A stretch of DNA of 64,000 nucleotides, from positions 640,001 through 704,000 of the forward strand of contig OY760935.1 of NCBI GenBank assembly GCA_963664295.1. Reading direction: 5' to 3'. A program made the translations under genes and the position numbers. Under the pieces are notes generated by a model. The model was not told the DNA's origin, did no database searches, and was given only the letters and a program-made list of their open reading frames with translations. Position 1 is the first letter of the stretch. The number at the start of each line of letters is the position of its first letter. Shown piece after piece: positions 7,983 through 17,837 of this stretch. Source of the stretch: Candidatus Altimarinota bacterium. GTDB taxonomy: Bacteria > Patescibacteriota > Gracilibacteria > CAIRYL01 > GCA-016699755.

Positions 7983-10900
7983 TTAGTATTCTGACAGTTT
8001 ACTTCCTAATTTTTCCTTTACCTCTTGTTGGTCCCTGAGAGTATTATTTAATGATAAACGGTTCAAGTTGCCTTTAGATAATTTTTCTGCGACTTCTGAA
8101 CTTATGGAAGTAAGTCCGTATAAATGCAAATGACCCAAGTTGCCTTTAGCTAATTTTTCTGCGACTTCTGGAGTTATGGAAGTAAGTCCTTTTAAATACA
8201 AATAATTAAAGTTGCCATTAGCTAATTTTTCTGCGACATCTGGAGTTATGGAAGTAAGTCTGTCTAAAGACAAAAAAGTCAAGTTGTTATTAGCTAATTT
8301 TTCTGCGACTTCTGGAGTTATGGAAGTAAGTCCGTCTAAATGCAAAGAAGCCGAATTGTTATTAGCTAATTTTTCTGCGACTTCTGGAGTTATGGAAGTA
8401 AGTCCGTCTAAAAACAAAGAAGTCAAGTTGTTATTAGCTAATTTTTCTGCGACTTCTGGAGTTATGGAAGTAAGTCCGTCTAAATACAAACGACCCAAGT
8501 TGCCATTAGCTAATTTTTCTGCGACATCTGGAGTTATGGAAGTAAGTCCGTTTAAATACAAATAATTAAAGTTGCCATTAGCTAATTTTTCTGCGACATC
8601 TGGAGTTATGGAAGTAAGTCCGTCTAAAGACAAAAAAGTCAAGTTGTTATTAGCTAATTTTTCTGCAACTTCTGGAGTTATTGAAGTAAGTCTGTTTAAA
8701 TGCAAAGAAGTCAAGTTGTTATTAGCTAATTTTTCTGCAACTTCTGGAGCTATGGAAGTCAGTCCGCTTAAATGCAAAGAAGTCAAGTTGTTATTAGCTA
8801 ATTTTTCTGCAACTTCTGGAGTTATTGAAGTAAGTCCGTTTAAATACAAAGAAGTCGAATTGCCATTAGCTAATTTTTCTGCAACTTCTGGAGTTATGGA
8901 AGTAAGTCTGTTTAAATACAAATAATTCAAGTTGCCTTTAGCTAATTTTTCTGCAACTTCTGGAGTTATTGAAGTAAGTCCGTTTAAATACAAAGAAGTC
9001 GAATTGCCATTAGCTAATTTTTCTGCAACTTCTGGAGTTAGGCTTTTTAAAGCTTGAATATCACTATATGAAAAATTACCCTCTAATATTTTTTGATATA
9101 ATTGTAATTGTTCTTGTTCATCTTCACTAGAAGCTTCTTCTGCTTCCGCAGGCATTTCATCTCCTATATCATCAAGTAAATCATCTATTGCTTCATTTTC
9201 TGTATCTGATAATCCTGTTAAAACATCACCTACTTCTTCTTCCGTGATCTCAGCATCTTCTTCTAGGCCTAGTTCTAAATCCTCTTCGTTTGCGCTTTCT
9301 GGTGCATCATCAATTTGCGATGCATCAATCACCTCTTCAGAAGCAGAATCATCAACCTCTGACCATTCTGCATCTACCACCTCATCAGAAGGGCTTGTTT
9401 GTAATGATGACTGCTGTTGCTGTGAATCTGCCTCTTCTTGAGCTGGTTCTGAACCTAATTCAGAACCTAAGCCTAGATCGTCAGCATCTTCTTCTGCCAT
9501 TGCCTGTATATCTAGCTCTGCTTTTTTTTCGTTTGCGCTTTCTGGTGCATCATCAATTTGCGGTGCATCAATCACCTCTTCAGAAGCAGAATCATCAACC
9601 TCTGACCATTCTGCATCTACCACCTCATCAGAAGGGCTTGTTTGTAATGATGACTGCTGTTGCTGTGAATCTGCCTCTTCTTGAGCTGGTTCTGAACCTA
9701 ATTCAGAACCTAAGCCTAGATCGTCAGCATCTTCTTCTGATTCTTGTTCTGCTACTTCTGCTTCTGTTTCTAGGTCTAAACCTAGATCGTCAGTGTCTTG
9801 TTCTGATTCTTGTTCTGCTACTTCTGCTTCTGTTTCTAGGTCTAAGCCTAGATCGTCAGCATCTTCTTCTGATTCTTGTTCTGCTACTTCTGCTTTTTTG
9901 TTGATCACAGCAGTCTCTGTTGCATTATCTAGGCCTATTATTTCACCTTCAAATTTAGCCAAAGCTAAAATAGCTGCATCATCACTTACTGATAAGCCTG
10001 AAAACATTATTGATCCAACTGTAGATTGTGCCAACTCTTTTATTGCGTTAGGAGTTATGACTTGAAGGTCATTCAAAATTAAAACATATCCATTATACTT
10101 TGCTAGTTCTTTTGCTTCTTCAGACTCTAATTTAGCCAAGCCCTCAATTTTCAAAGTGTAACCATTAAAACTTGCTAGCGCAATAGCTATCTCAGGACTC
10201 AATTGATTAAAACAATTTACAAAACAAAGTTCACTTACAACAGCCTTGCATAACTCCTTCATTACAAGTGGGCTAATATGTGTAAGACTTTTAAACTGAA
10301 GTCGATTTTTTATAAAACCTCCTAATATTTTTGCTTCATCAAGTTCTAACCTACGAAGTTTATCAAAATCAATATTTCTAAAACCTGAGAATTTAATCTT
10401 GTGAGCAATATCTACAGTAAGCTCTTCTATGTTTTCTATGTCATCTTTATTAAAATCACCGCTTAATATTCTTTGCTTTATTTGTTCTTGTTCATCTAAA
10501 CTTTCATTTGCTTCTTGATCTACACTATTCAGCAAGTTATCTAAATTATCTTGACTTAATGCTCCCTCTTCATCGAGTTCTCTCGACGCTCCTATATCTG
10601 TATCTAAGTCTAAGCTTGGTGCTAGTTCTTGTGGGCTTGGTTCTGACTCTGGGGCAGACTGTGGCTGTGACTGTGGCTGTGGTTCTGGCTCTGGGGCAGA
10701 CTGTGGCTGTTGCTGTGGTTCTGGCTCTGAGGCAGACTGTGGCTGTTGCTGTGGTTCTGGCTCTGGGGCAGACTGTGGCTGTTGCTGTGGTTCTGATCTT
10801 GTTGCATTAGCTCTTCTTTGATTTGATACATCCTCTACTTCTACAAAATTAGCCACTTCTTCAAAAAATCCAAGTGTTTTCTTTGGCAAATCTCCACCAG

Positions 10901-13412
10901 GATCATTATCCTTCCCTCTTCCAAACTGAAACCATTCACCCAAAGTCTCTATTATTGGACCTAAAACTTTTCCCGTTCCAGATGCAATATATTTAGCGCC
11001 AATATTAATTGGGCTAATACCTTTTTTCAAGCTTTTGTCTACTTTCTTTATTTTCTCTGCAATTTTATTATTAATATTAGCTGCATAAGGATTACCTTGT
11101 TTTTTGCTAAAAGGATAATGTTTGTCAATAGCAGCTCTTCTAGTTTTTTCTCCAATTTTTTCCAATAATTCAACTCTCTTGCCCTCTGCTTCTTCTCCAT
11201 AAATTTTTTCCAAAATATCATCAAGATTATCAGCATTAACTTGCTCTTTAAATTTCTCAAATACAGCTTTTTTGCCATAATGCTCAATTTTTTTTCTTTT
11301 CGCAATTGGCAATTCATTAACCATTCCCTCAAGATTGGTTAAAATCGTATCTTCTTCAAGACCTAATGCGTCTTGCATTATTGTTAAAATACTTTCTGAG
11401 TCTAATTTTTTAAACTCAACTTTGGACGGAATATCCATTTCTTCTGGTTTAACCGGCTTGCCATCGCTCGTTTTGCCAGCATAAAAAAGTTTCTTAAAAT
11501 TAAGTTCATTGTTGCCTAAATTGCTTATAGCAATTTGATACAATAATTCTTTTATTTCTGGTAAATCCAAGCTTTCTTTCAGTAGCGCAAGCGCATAAAA
11601 ATGCTCCTTGTAATCAATTGCTTCGCTCAATTTAGATAATTTTTCAGGAGTTTCAAAAATATCTTCCATTAAATTGCTCATAAAAGCATCACCACTTATA
11701 AGTTCTTTGCTGATTTTTTTATCATTCATCCAAAAAGGCTTCCCATTCGGTTGCCTTGCTTCAAACTTGCTATAGTCTTGTCTACCTACTCCTTCTGCTT
11801 CCAAGTCATCAGCAGCTTCCATAAGCATCACAAACGCCTCTGATTTTGTATAATTTCTTCTCCAAAGCTTAGTAATATTTACAAAATCTGCCACCTCATA
11901 AGCTCCTCGACCAAAATTAGCGAAAATACTATCTCTAGAATTTTCAATTATATTATCAATAGCGCCTGTGCCACTAAAAACCTCTTTGTCGCTTTTTACA
12001 GAGGTAATATTTCTTACAAGAGAATTTAAAACACCCTTTCTAAGATCATCCCTGGTTCCTGTTCTTAAATCACCAAAATACGAAGCATTACGACCTTGTA
12101 CTCCTATTTTTTTAAGCATATTTGGTAAATTTCCATTACCAACACCTGGCAAATTTCTAGTCAAGTGATTTACTGCCATTTTTCTGTCTTCCTCGTCTTC
12201 GTTACTAAGAGAAGCTCTAACTATCCAGTCAATAATCACATCTAATCTTCTTTGGATTTCTATTGGTGGATATTTTTCTAAATTATTTCTGGTTCTATTT
12301 ACTGCTTCTTGTTGTTGCAGATTTGTTTCTTCTTCGTCCCCTTGTGATAATCTCTCTTTTTTTGATGTTAATTTTTCTATTGTTTCAGCTTTGTCAGCAT
12401 TTGCAAGACCGAGCTCATTTGGAAACAGTTTTTTAATTTCTGCTTTTTCTTGATCACTAAATTTTTTAGAAGCAAGTATGCGAACTGCATCATTTCCCTC
12501 AAAACTCGCTAACTTATCTGTTAATTTTGTAAGCTTATTTGCTTCTTTTAATTTTTCTTTAATTTGCTTTTTGTCACCTTTTACTTGCGGAATACTTCCA
12601 AATCTTTCAGTTTCAAACAAAGTATCTAATTCTTTTTTATTAAAAAAACTATTATTTGTAGAACCTCTTCTGTGTGCACCTCTTAATGCATTTGTTGTTG
12701 CAAAAACACCAGCAAATGCCCATGGTCCTAGAGCATAAGCAGGAAGCGCTGCCACAACAGCACCAAGAGCCAAACCTCCCACAGCAGTTGTTATAGCGTT
12801 ATCAGCTGCTATCTTCCAAGGCTCTTTAATCTTTGCTTGACGATATCCTTCATAAGAATTATATACAAGCGGTGTTGCCATAAGCACAGACTTACTAAAA
12901 ACAACAGAACCAAGACCTTTGAAAAAAGCAGCAAAAGCTGACATACCCTCTTTGCTTGCTTCATTGATTACATCTTGCACCCCTGTTTCACCTAATGTTT
13001 CCTGAAGATATTGTTCCATTTCTGGAGGTAATTCAAACTCATCAGCTTGCTCTTGAGCCAAGGCCGAAGAAGACAAAGCAGTTGCTGTTGTCACTGTTGC
13101 CAGTCCAGTTGCACCTCCATATTTAATAACCTTGCTAATTTTTTGCGCCAAACTAGTTTCTTCTGGTTCCAAAACTGGATTTTTATTTTTATCATCACCC
13201 AATACATCAGCCATTTTTTCCCTATTATCAGCCATAGGAGTCACAACTCCCTCAGCTAAAGTAAAAGTTTTTTCAAGCTCTGCTTTTGTAATTTGCCCTG
13301 CTTGTTCTATTTGTTCTGGTGTCAGATTTTTTGCATCCAACCCAGCTCCCTCTTGAGCTTCTTGTAAAGGATCTGCTGTATTTTTGCCATCACTTCTGTT
13401 TATTGATGTCAT
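7983..13412 (-). CDS. Giant hypothetical protein: N-terminal hydrophobic segments, acidic repeat linkers, two leucine-rich-repeat regions
   Basis: 1809-aa ORF; 24-aa LxxLxLxGLTSITPEVAEKLAxxN repeats at C-terminus. Confidence 0.85.
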   Translation of the reverse strand: MTSINRSDGKNTADPLQEAQEGAGLDAKNLTPEQIEQAGQITKAELEKTFTLAEGVVTPMADNREKMADVLGDDKNKNPVLEPEETSLAQKISKVIKYGGATGLATVTTATALSSSALAQEQADEFELPPEMEQYLQETLGETGVQDVINEASKEGMSAFAAFFKGLGSVVFSKSVLMATPLVYNSYEGYRQAKIKEPWKIAADNAITTAVGGLALGAVVAALPAYALGPWAFAGVFATTNALRGAHRRGSTNNSFFNKKELDTLFETERFGSIPQVKGDKKQIKEKLKEANKLTKLTDKLASFEGNDAVRILASKKFSDQEKAEIKKLFPNELGLANADKAETIEKLTSKKERLSQGDEEETNLQQQEAVNRTRNNLEKYPPIEIQRRLDVIIDWIVRASLSNEDEEDRKMAVNHLTRNLPGVGNGNLPNMLKKIGVQGRNASYFGDLRTGTRDDLRKGVLNSLVRNITSVKSDKEVFSGTGAIDNIIENSRDSIFANFGRGAYEVADFVNITKLWRRNYTKSEAFVMLMEAADDLEAEGVGRQDYSKFEARQPNGKPFWMNDKKISKELISGDAFMSNLMEDIFETPEKLSKLSEAIDYKEHFYALALLKESLDLPEIKELLYQIAISNLGNNELNFKKLFYAGKTSDGKPVKPEEMDIPSKVEFKKLDSESILTIMQDALGLEEDTILTNLEGMVNELPIAKRKKIEHYGKKAVFEKFKEQVNADNLDDILEKIYGEEAEGKRVELLEKIGEKTRRAAIDKHYPFSKKQGNPYAANINNKIAEKIKKVDKSLKKGISPINIGAKYIASGTGKVLGPIIETLGEWFQFGRGKDNDPGGDLPKKTLGFFEEVANFVEVEDVSNQRRANATRSEPQQQPQSAPEPEPQQQPQSASEPEPQQQPQSAPEPEPQPQSQPQSAPESEPSPQELAPSLDLDTDIGASRELDEEGALSQDNLDNLLNSVDQEANESLDEQEQIKQRILSGDFNKDDIENIEELTVDIAHKIKFSGFRNIDFDKLRRLELDEAKILGGFIKNRLQFKSLTHISPLVMKELCKAVVSELCFVNCFNQLSPEIAIALASFNGYTLKIEGLAKLESEEAKELAKYNGYVLILNDLQVITPNAIKELAQSTVGSIMFSGLSVSDDAAILALAKFEGEIIGLDNATETAVINKKAEVAEQESEEDADDLGLDLETEAEVAEQESEQDTDDLGLDLETEAEVAEQESEEDADDLGLGSELGSEPAQEEADSQQQQSSLQTSPSDEVVDAEWSEVDDSASEEVIDAPQIDDAPESANEKKAELDIQAMAEEDADDLGLGSELGSEPAQEEADSQQQQSSLQTSPSDEVVDAEWSEVDDSASEEVIDASQIDDAPESANEEDLELGLEEDAEITEEEVGDVLTGLSDTENEAIDDLLDDIGDEMPAEAEEASSEDEQEQLQLYQKILEGNFSYSDIQALKSLTPEVAEKLANGNSTSLYLNGLTSITPEVAEKLAKGNLNYLYLNRLTSITPEVAEKLANGNSTSLYLNGLTSITPEVAEKLANNNLTSLHLSGLTSIAPEVAEKLANNNLTSLHLNRLTSITPEVAEKLANNNLTFLSLDGLTSITPDVAEKLANGNFNYLYLNGLTSITPDVAEKLANGNLGRLYLDGLTSITPEVAEKLANNNLTSLFLDGLTSITPEVAEKLANNNSASLHLDGLTSITPEVAEKLANNNLTFLSLDRLTSITPDVAEKLANGNFNYLYLKGLTSITPEVAEKLAKGNLGHLHLYGLTSISSEVAEKLSKGNLNRLSLNNTLRDQQEVKEKLGSKLSEY
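8045..9040 (-). repeat. Tandem array of about 14 x 72-bp units encoding 24-aa leucine-rich repeats
   Basis: gctaatttttctgc recurs every 72 bp from 8149 to 9013, with a variant at 8077. Confidence 0.95.
9285..9739 (-). repeat. Near-perfect ~210-bp direct duplication (243-bp period) in acidic linker
   Basis: cgtttgcgctttctggtgcatcatc at 9287 and 9530; peptide EEDADDLGLGSELGSEPAQEE...DDAPESANE occurs twice. Confidence 0.92.
9712..9895 (-). repeat. 3 x 66-bp tandem repeat (AEVAEQESEEDADDLGLDLETE)
   Basis: cctagatcgtcag at 9715, 9781, 9847. Confidence 0.9.
10640..10795 (-). repeat. About 4 x 36-bp tandem repeat (EPQQQPQSAPEP linker)
   Basis: gcagactgtggctgt units in DNA and repeated peptide. 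Confidence 0.9.
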
Positions 13413-13465
13413 TTTTTGTTTTTAATTTTTGTTTTTATTGCTATTTTTTGTTTTTATTTACTAGG

Positions 13466-16400
13466 TTACCTCGAGAGAATATTGGCAAGCACGAATTCTA
13501 ACCAATTTTTCATGCCACTTTTTGTGTATTGACCGCCCACACCTTGAGATGGATTTTGCAATATAAGATTTTTAAATATTACTTTAAATTTTTCTGAATT
13601 ATCCTGCATCAATATTTGTCCTTTCTTCGGATCAACAGATTTAAATGATTTACCCTGAACTAAATTTGCATGGGCTTTTTTGAAAACCTCATCTCCCAAT
13701 TTATCAACCATTTCCACTGTCCATGGAATTTTTTTGTTTCCATTTTTTTCTAAAGACTTTTGAATTTGATCAAAACTGATTATTACTTCTGGCAATCTTG
13801 ATCCTTTTTTAATATTAAAATCATTCAATTTAGCACCTTCGAGCAATGTATTTCCATCTTTAAAAAATTTATCAACATTATCACCAACAAATGGAATAAG
13901 GGAACCAGTATCACCAGCAAAAGAATTTAGCCTTTGAAAAAGATCAACACCTTTTCTTTCCCCAGCAGTAAGTTTATCAGCCCCATAGTCAAGCAACTTG
14001 TCCACACCAAGAAGATTAACCAAAAACAATCTACATATTTCACCTTGTGTAATAGAATCTTTTGCAAGATCAGTATCTTCTCCAACTGCTTTTCGAATCT
14101 CTGTAATCAAAGTATTAAAACTCTTCGCAGTAGAGCTATTTGCAGTAGTAGGATCAAAAAGATATTCCAATGCCAAATCCAAATCACCTGGACGAACAAA
14201 TCCATAAGCCTCTTGCACTTGTTTATGAATTCCTGCATCTTTTACCGCTTGTTTTAGGGCATCTGCGCTACTAATTGTCACCTCTTTTTCAGGATTCTTC
14301 ATGCTACTCAACATATTGACATAGCCCCCAACCACATTGAATGAAAAATGCCTAAGCAAAGTCAATGCTTCTGGCAATTTTTCTGCACTAAATTCCAAAG
14401 CCCAACCAGCAGTCTCAAAAGGCAACTTAGCTGTTTTAAGAATAAGCCCGTCTGTTCCAGGCGTACCCATAAGCAATCTATAGGTCTTGCTTCCTTGTGC
14501 TATTTCTATGTATTCTTTTCCTTTTTCTATTCCTGTATCAACTATGTTCCAGCCCTTGTTTGCCATATCTTTCACAAATGGTATTGCATCTTCTTTGAAA
14601 AATTTTTTCAAAAGAGCAATAACCACAGGCAATTTTTCTTTTCCACTTCTAGCAACATCTTTAAGATAAGGCACTGCTGTAGCCCAAGCTTCGCCAAATT
14701 TTTGTGTGACAAAATCGGTAATATCTCTGTTTTTCTCAAGACTACGATTAAAGTCTTGTTTGTCAATTGCTAATGCCAACAAATTACCAAAAGTAACCTT
14801 TTCTTTTGCCTTTCTGTTAAACAAATTACTATTGCTCATCATTTTTTCTGCTACTTTTATACCCTCTTCAACACTAGGTTTTTTGTATTTTGACCTCTCC
14901 ATAGAAAGATCTTTAAAATACAACTCCAAAAGACCAAGAGAAATCATAGCAAGATCAGCCTGCTTACTTTCTGTTGTTGAGCCTGGCAAATCTTCAATAA
15001 AAATCTTCAATTCATCAGGCATGCCATTCATTATAACCTCACCCGCATTATCCACTTGAATTTCTGATGCTCTTGTTTTTTTATGCCAATCCAAAAGCTT
15101 GTGCATTTCAATATCATTCATTGCCTTCATCAATCTTGGACTTTGTTTTGATTCCAATGCTTTCTGTTGCCATGCTGTTGGATTTAGTTCTTCTTTTTTC
15201 CAATCAAGTTTATCTAGATAAATCTGAAAAATTGCTCCTTCTTGTCCTTTTTCCTCACTAAACAAGCCAATTTCCTCAAAAATATCATAGCCATTATATT
15301 CTTTAATAAACTCACGCAACAAAACTCCACCAAAAATATACTTACCATATTCTCCTAATTTACCACCACCAAAAGCAACTTTGTAAATTCCATACAAAAT
15401 TCCAACTGCAGTAGTCATTTTCAATGGGTCGCCAGAAGTCACCATATCCATCCAAGTATCAAAACCTCTTTCCATAAAATCCGGATCCAATCCGCTTTGT
15501 TCTGCATTATAATAATCAGAAAGAGTTTTTTGATAATTATCCATTCTGCTTAATAATTCACCCTGCAAAAGCTTCAAAAGCTCAGTATTTTCAATCAAAG
15601 CACCACTAGCCTGGCTTGTATTTTTTGCTTCTGGGTTAATTTTTCTTTGCATTACATCATTATGCATAACCAAAAACTTCTCTAGCATACTTGAGTTCAC
15701 CTCCTCTTCATTAAACTTTCCTTTTTCATCAAACCATAAATGAGGATCAATAATGTTTGCCTGACCATTGCCCTCCTGCCCAAAATAAAGACGGATAAAT
15801 TTTTCTCTTGTTGCGCGCAAATCCACTCCTGTTTTTTTCTCAAAAGCCTCTAGTTGCAAATTTCTTAATCTTTCTGTTAATTTTTTTGTTTCAATTTTCT
15901 TAAACTTTGCCAAAGCTTCACTTAATCCCGCTAAGCCAGAGCTAGTAGGCTCACTACTGCTAAGGCCTTTTGCAACTTGACTATATAACAAGTTTGAATT
16001 AGTGTTTAAACTTGTAATCATATTGCCAAGCTCAACATAGCCATAAAAACAAGCAAACAACAAAAACTCCTTCACTTTTGGATCAGCAGGCTCTGGAATA
16101 CCTGAATCCAGCCATAATTTTCTTTCAATATCATCAAATCTCTTCCTTAACTCTTTGCGCTCAAGTGCTTTTTCAAAAATATTCCAATAGCTACCACCCT
16201 TATCAAGAGGTTTTGACTCTGGAGATCTTCCTTGAAATGTCTTTTGCCATTTTAGATTTTCTTTGAGCCCATCTATTTCTTCTTTTAGTTGATCAACTTC
16301 TCTTTTGTCGAGTTCATATTCAAGAACTGATTTTAAATACTCCTTTCTTAATTTATCCAATTGAGTTGCATCAGGTGATGTCTTATTTTTTTCTTTATTA

Positions 16401-17713
16401 TAAGCGTCTTTTGCTTTTGCCATTTCTTGTCCTTTTGCTTTTAGTTGAGCTTCTTTTGGACTTAATTCTTCTTCTTTTTCCTGAATTTGAGTTTCTAATG
16501 TAGAGATATCCACTAGGTCAAAAATAGGATTAGAATGATAAGCTTCCAGTCTCCCATAAAATTCATCCTCTTTTTTAATTATTTCTTGAGCCAATGCTTT
16601 ATTTGGATTTGCTCTATATTTTCTTCGCAAGGTTCTTAGGTCAATTTCTTGTTGGCTTAATCTAGCATTTACCAAAGCAAAATTGTTGTCCTCCGAAACA
16701 CGATCCTCACACAATCCATCAAAAAGACGCATATCACACTGCATCATTCTTCTTTTGTATCTCTCCGCCACATCAGCATTGGTTTCTTTGGCACTAGGGT
16801 ACACAATAGCAATAAAACTACCTGAGTCTATTTTTCTCGCTTTTTCACCAGCTGGCAAAGAGGCATAATATTCATAAATTGCTTTATTAACAAGCATTCT
16901 TACCTCCCATTCTCGTAGCTTAGATAGTTTTCTTTTTTCTTTCTTTAGCCTTTCCTCTAAGCCACTCTTCTCTGTTCCACTTGCAGTTGAAACTTGCTCT
17001 TTTAATTTTTCCACCTCTATTTGCTTCAAAATAACAGCTCCAAGTACATTTTTTGCTGCCAAAACAGCAGCTTGATATTCTCTTTGTAATCTTTCTAGCT
17101 CTTTTTGCTTACTCACATTTTCTCTAGCTTTTGATAATAATCTATCTAATTTTTCTTTAATTGCTATTAATTCTTTTTTAGTTTTTTCTATGTTTTCATT
17201 TTTTATTAAATCAGGGAGCACTAAGTTTACTTTTTCGTATATATTTAACAAAAATGAAGATATCAGATTTGTCTTATTACTAAGATTAAACTTTACATCT
17301 GTATTGCTATCCAACAATTTATTAATGATGTTTAATTCTGCTTGCGTAAACCCAAAATCTTGAAAACTTGCCTTTTCTTGTGCAAGTTCAAGTTTTAATT
17401 TTGTAATCTCTTCTTCTTTTCCGCTTGCTTTCAAGTTAAAATATTCTTTTATTTGCTCATTTTCTTCCACCATGCTCTCATCCCAAACAGTAATCTTACC
17501 AGCAAGTTGCAAATATTCATCCGGATCACTATTTCTAATGTCATCAAGACTTTCTAAAAACCCATCAAAAATTTCATTACTATCAAATCTTTCTGCACCA
17601 AAACTAGGTCTTTCAGGTGTTCCCAAAAAAACTGGCAAATTGCACAAAAAAAACTTTTTCAACTTGTTATTTTCAGGTTTCTGCCAATGAAAATTACTAT
17701 TTTCAAATTTCAA
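13466..17713 (-). CDS. Giant hypothetical coiled-coil protein with an internal hydrophobic hairpin
   Basis: 1415-aa ORF (TTG start, start uncertain); E/K/L heptads; TTAVGILYGIYKVAFGGG...YIFGGVLL. Confidence 0.85.
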   Translation of the reverse strand: MKFENSNFHWQKPENNKLKKFFLCNLPVFLGTPERPSFGAERFDSNEIFDGFLESLDDIRNSDPDEYLQLAGKITVWDESMVEENEQIKEYFNLKASGKEEEITKLKLELAQEKASFQDFGFTQAELNIINKLLDSNTDVKFNLSNKTNLISSFLLNIYEKVNLVLPDLIKNENIEKTKKELIAIKEKLDRLLSKARENVSKQKELERLQREYQAAVLAAKNVLGAVILKQIEVEKLKEQVSTASGTEKSGLEERLKKEKRKLSKLREWEVRMLVNKAIYEYYASLPAGEKARKIDSGSFIAIVYPSAKETNADVAERYKRRMMQCDMRLFDGLCEDRVSEDNNFALVNARLSQQEIDLRTLRRKYRANPNKALAQEIIKKEDEFYGRLEAYHSNPIFDLVDISTLETQIQEKEEELSPKEAQLKAKGQEMAKAKDAYNKEKNKTSPDATQLDKLRKEYLKSVLEYELDKREVDQLKEEIDGLKENLKWQKTFQGRSPESKPLDKGGSYWNIFEKALERKELRKRFDDIERKLWLDSGIPEPADPKVKEFLLFACFYGYVELGNMITSLNTNSNLLYSQVAKGLSSSEPTSSGLAGLSEALAKFKKIETKKLTERLRNLQLEAFEKKTGVDLRATREKFIRLYFGQEGNGQANIIDPHLWFDEKGKFNEEEVNSSMLEKFLVMHNDVMQRKINPEAKNTSQASGALIENTELLKLLQGELLSRMDNYQKTLSDYYNAEQSGLDPDFMERGFDTWMDMVTSGDPLKMTTAVGILYGIYKVAFGGGKLGEYGKYIFGGVLLREFIKEYNGYDIFEEIGLFSEEKGQEGAIFQIYLDKLDWKKEELNPTAWQQKALESKQSPRLMKAMNDIEMHKLLDWHKKTRASEIQVDNAGEVIMNGMPDELKIFIEDLPGSTTESKQADLAMISLGLLELYFKDLSMERSKYKKPSVEEGIKVAEKMMSNSNLFNRKAKEKVTFGNLLALAIDKQDFNRSLEKNRDITDFVTQKFGEAWATAVPYLKDVARSGKEKLPVVIALLKKFFKEDAIPFVKDMANKGWNIVDTGIEKGKEYIEIAQGSKTYRLLMGTPGTDGLILKTAKLPFETAGWALEFSAEKLPEALTLLRHFSFNVVGGYVNMLSSMKNPEKEVTISSADALKQAVKDAGIHKQVQEAYGFVRPGDLDLALEYLFDPTTANSSTAKSFNTLITEIRKAVGEDTDLAKDSITQGEICRLFLVNLLGVDKLLDYGADKLTAGERKGVDLFQRLNSFAGDTGSLIPFVGDNVDKFFKDGNTLLEGAKLNDFNIKKGSRLPEVIISFDQIQKSLEKNGNKKIPWTVEMVDKLGDEVFKKAHANLVQGKSFKSVDPKKGQILMQDNSEKFKVIFKNLILQNPSQGVGGQYTKSGMKNWLEFVLANILSR

Positions 17714-17743
17714 GTTTTTATTTTTATTTCAGAAAATCATATT

Positions 17744-17772
17744 ATTATCTCATAAATAAGCCTTTTTTTCAA
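17744..17772 (-). promoter_or_regulatory. sigma70-type promoter of the giant-protein operon
   Basis: TTGAAA-17 nt (ending TGA)-GATAAT; near-identical copy at 25224-25252. Confidence 0.6.
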
Positions 17773-17837
17773 GAAAAACCTCCTTGACGAAGCAAGGGAA
17801 AAACATAAACAAAAAACAGCCTATTTTTGTCTTATCT

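Noticed and set aside
8212-8925. Two 117-aa repetitive plus-strand ORFs
   Set aside because: Antisense shadows of the 72-bp LRR array.
8045-9040. Diversity-generating retroelement target (variable codons mostly keep their third base)
   Set aside because: Variation is not adenine-specific (TCG/TTG/TTT; first bases of two variable codons are always T or C), and no template repeat or reverse transcriptase is in the window.
17713-17740. In-frame ATG ATT TTC TGA upstream of the 1415-aa gene, suggesting UGA recoding (code 25) or a nonsense mutation
   Set aside because: All conserved genes are intact in code 11 and infB, ilvE and trxB end in TGA. This ATG is only 3 nt from the predicted -10, so it probably lies before the transcript start.
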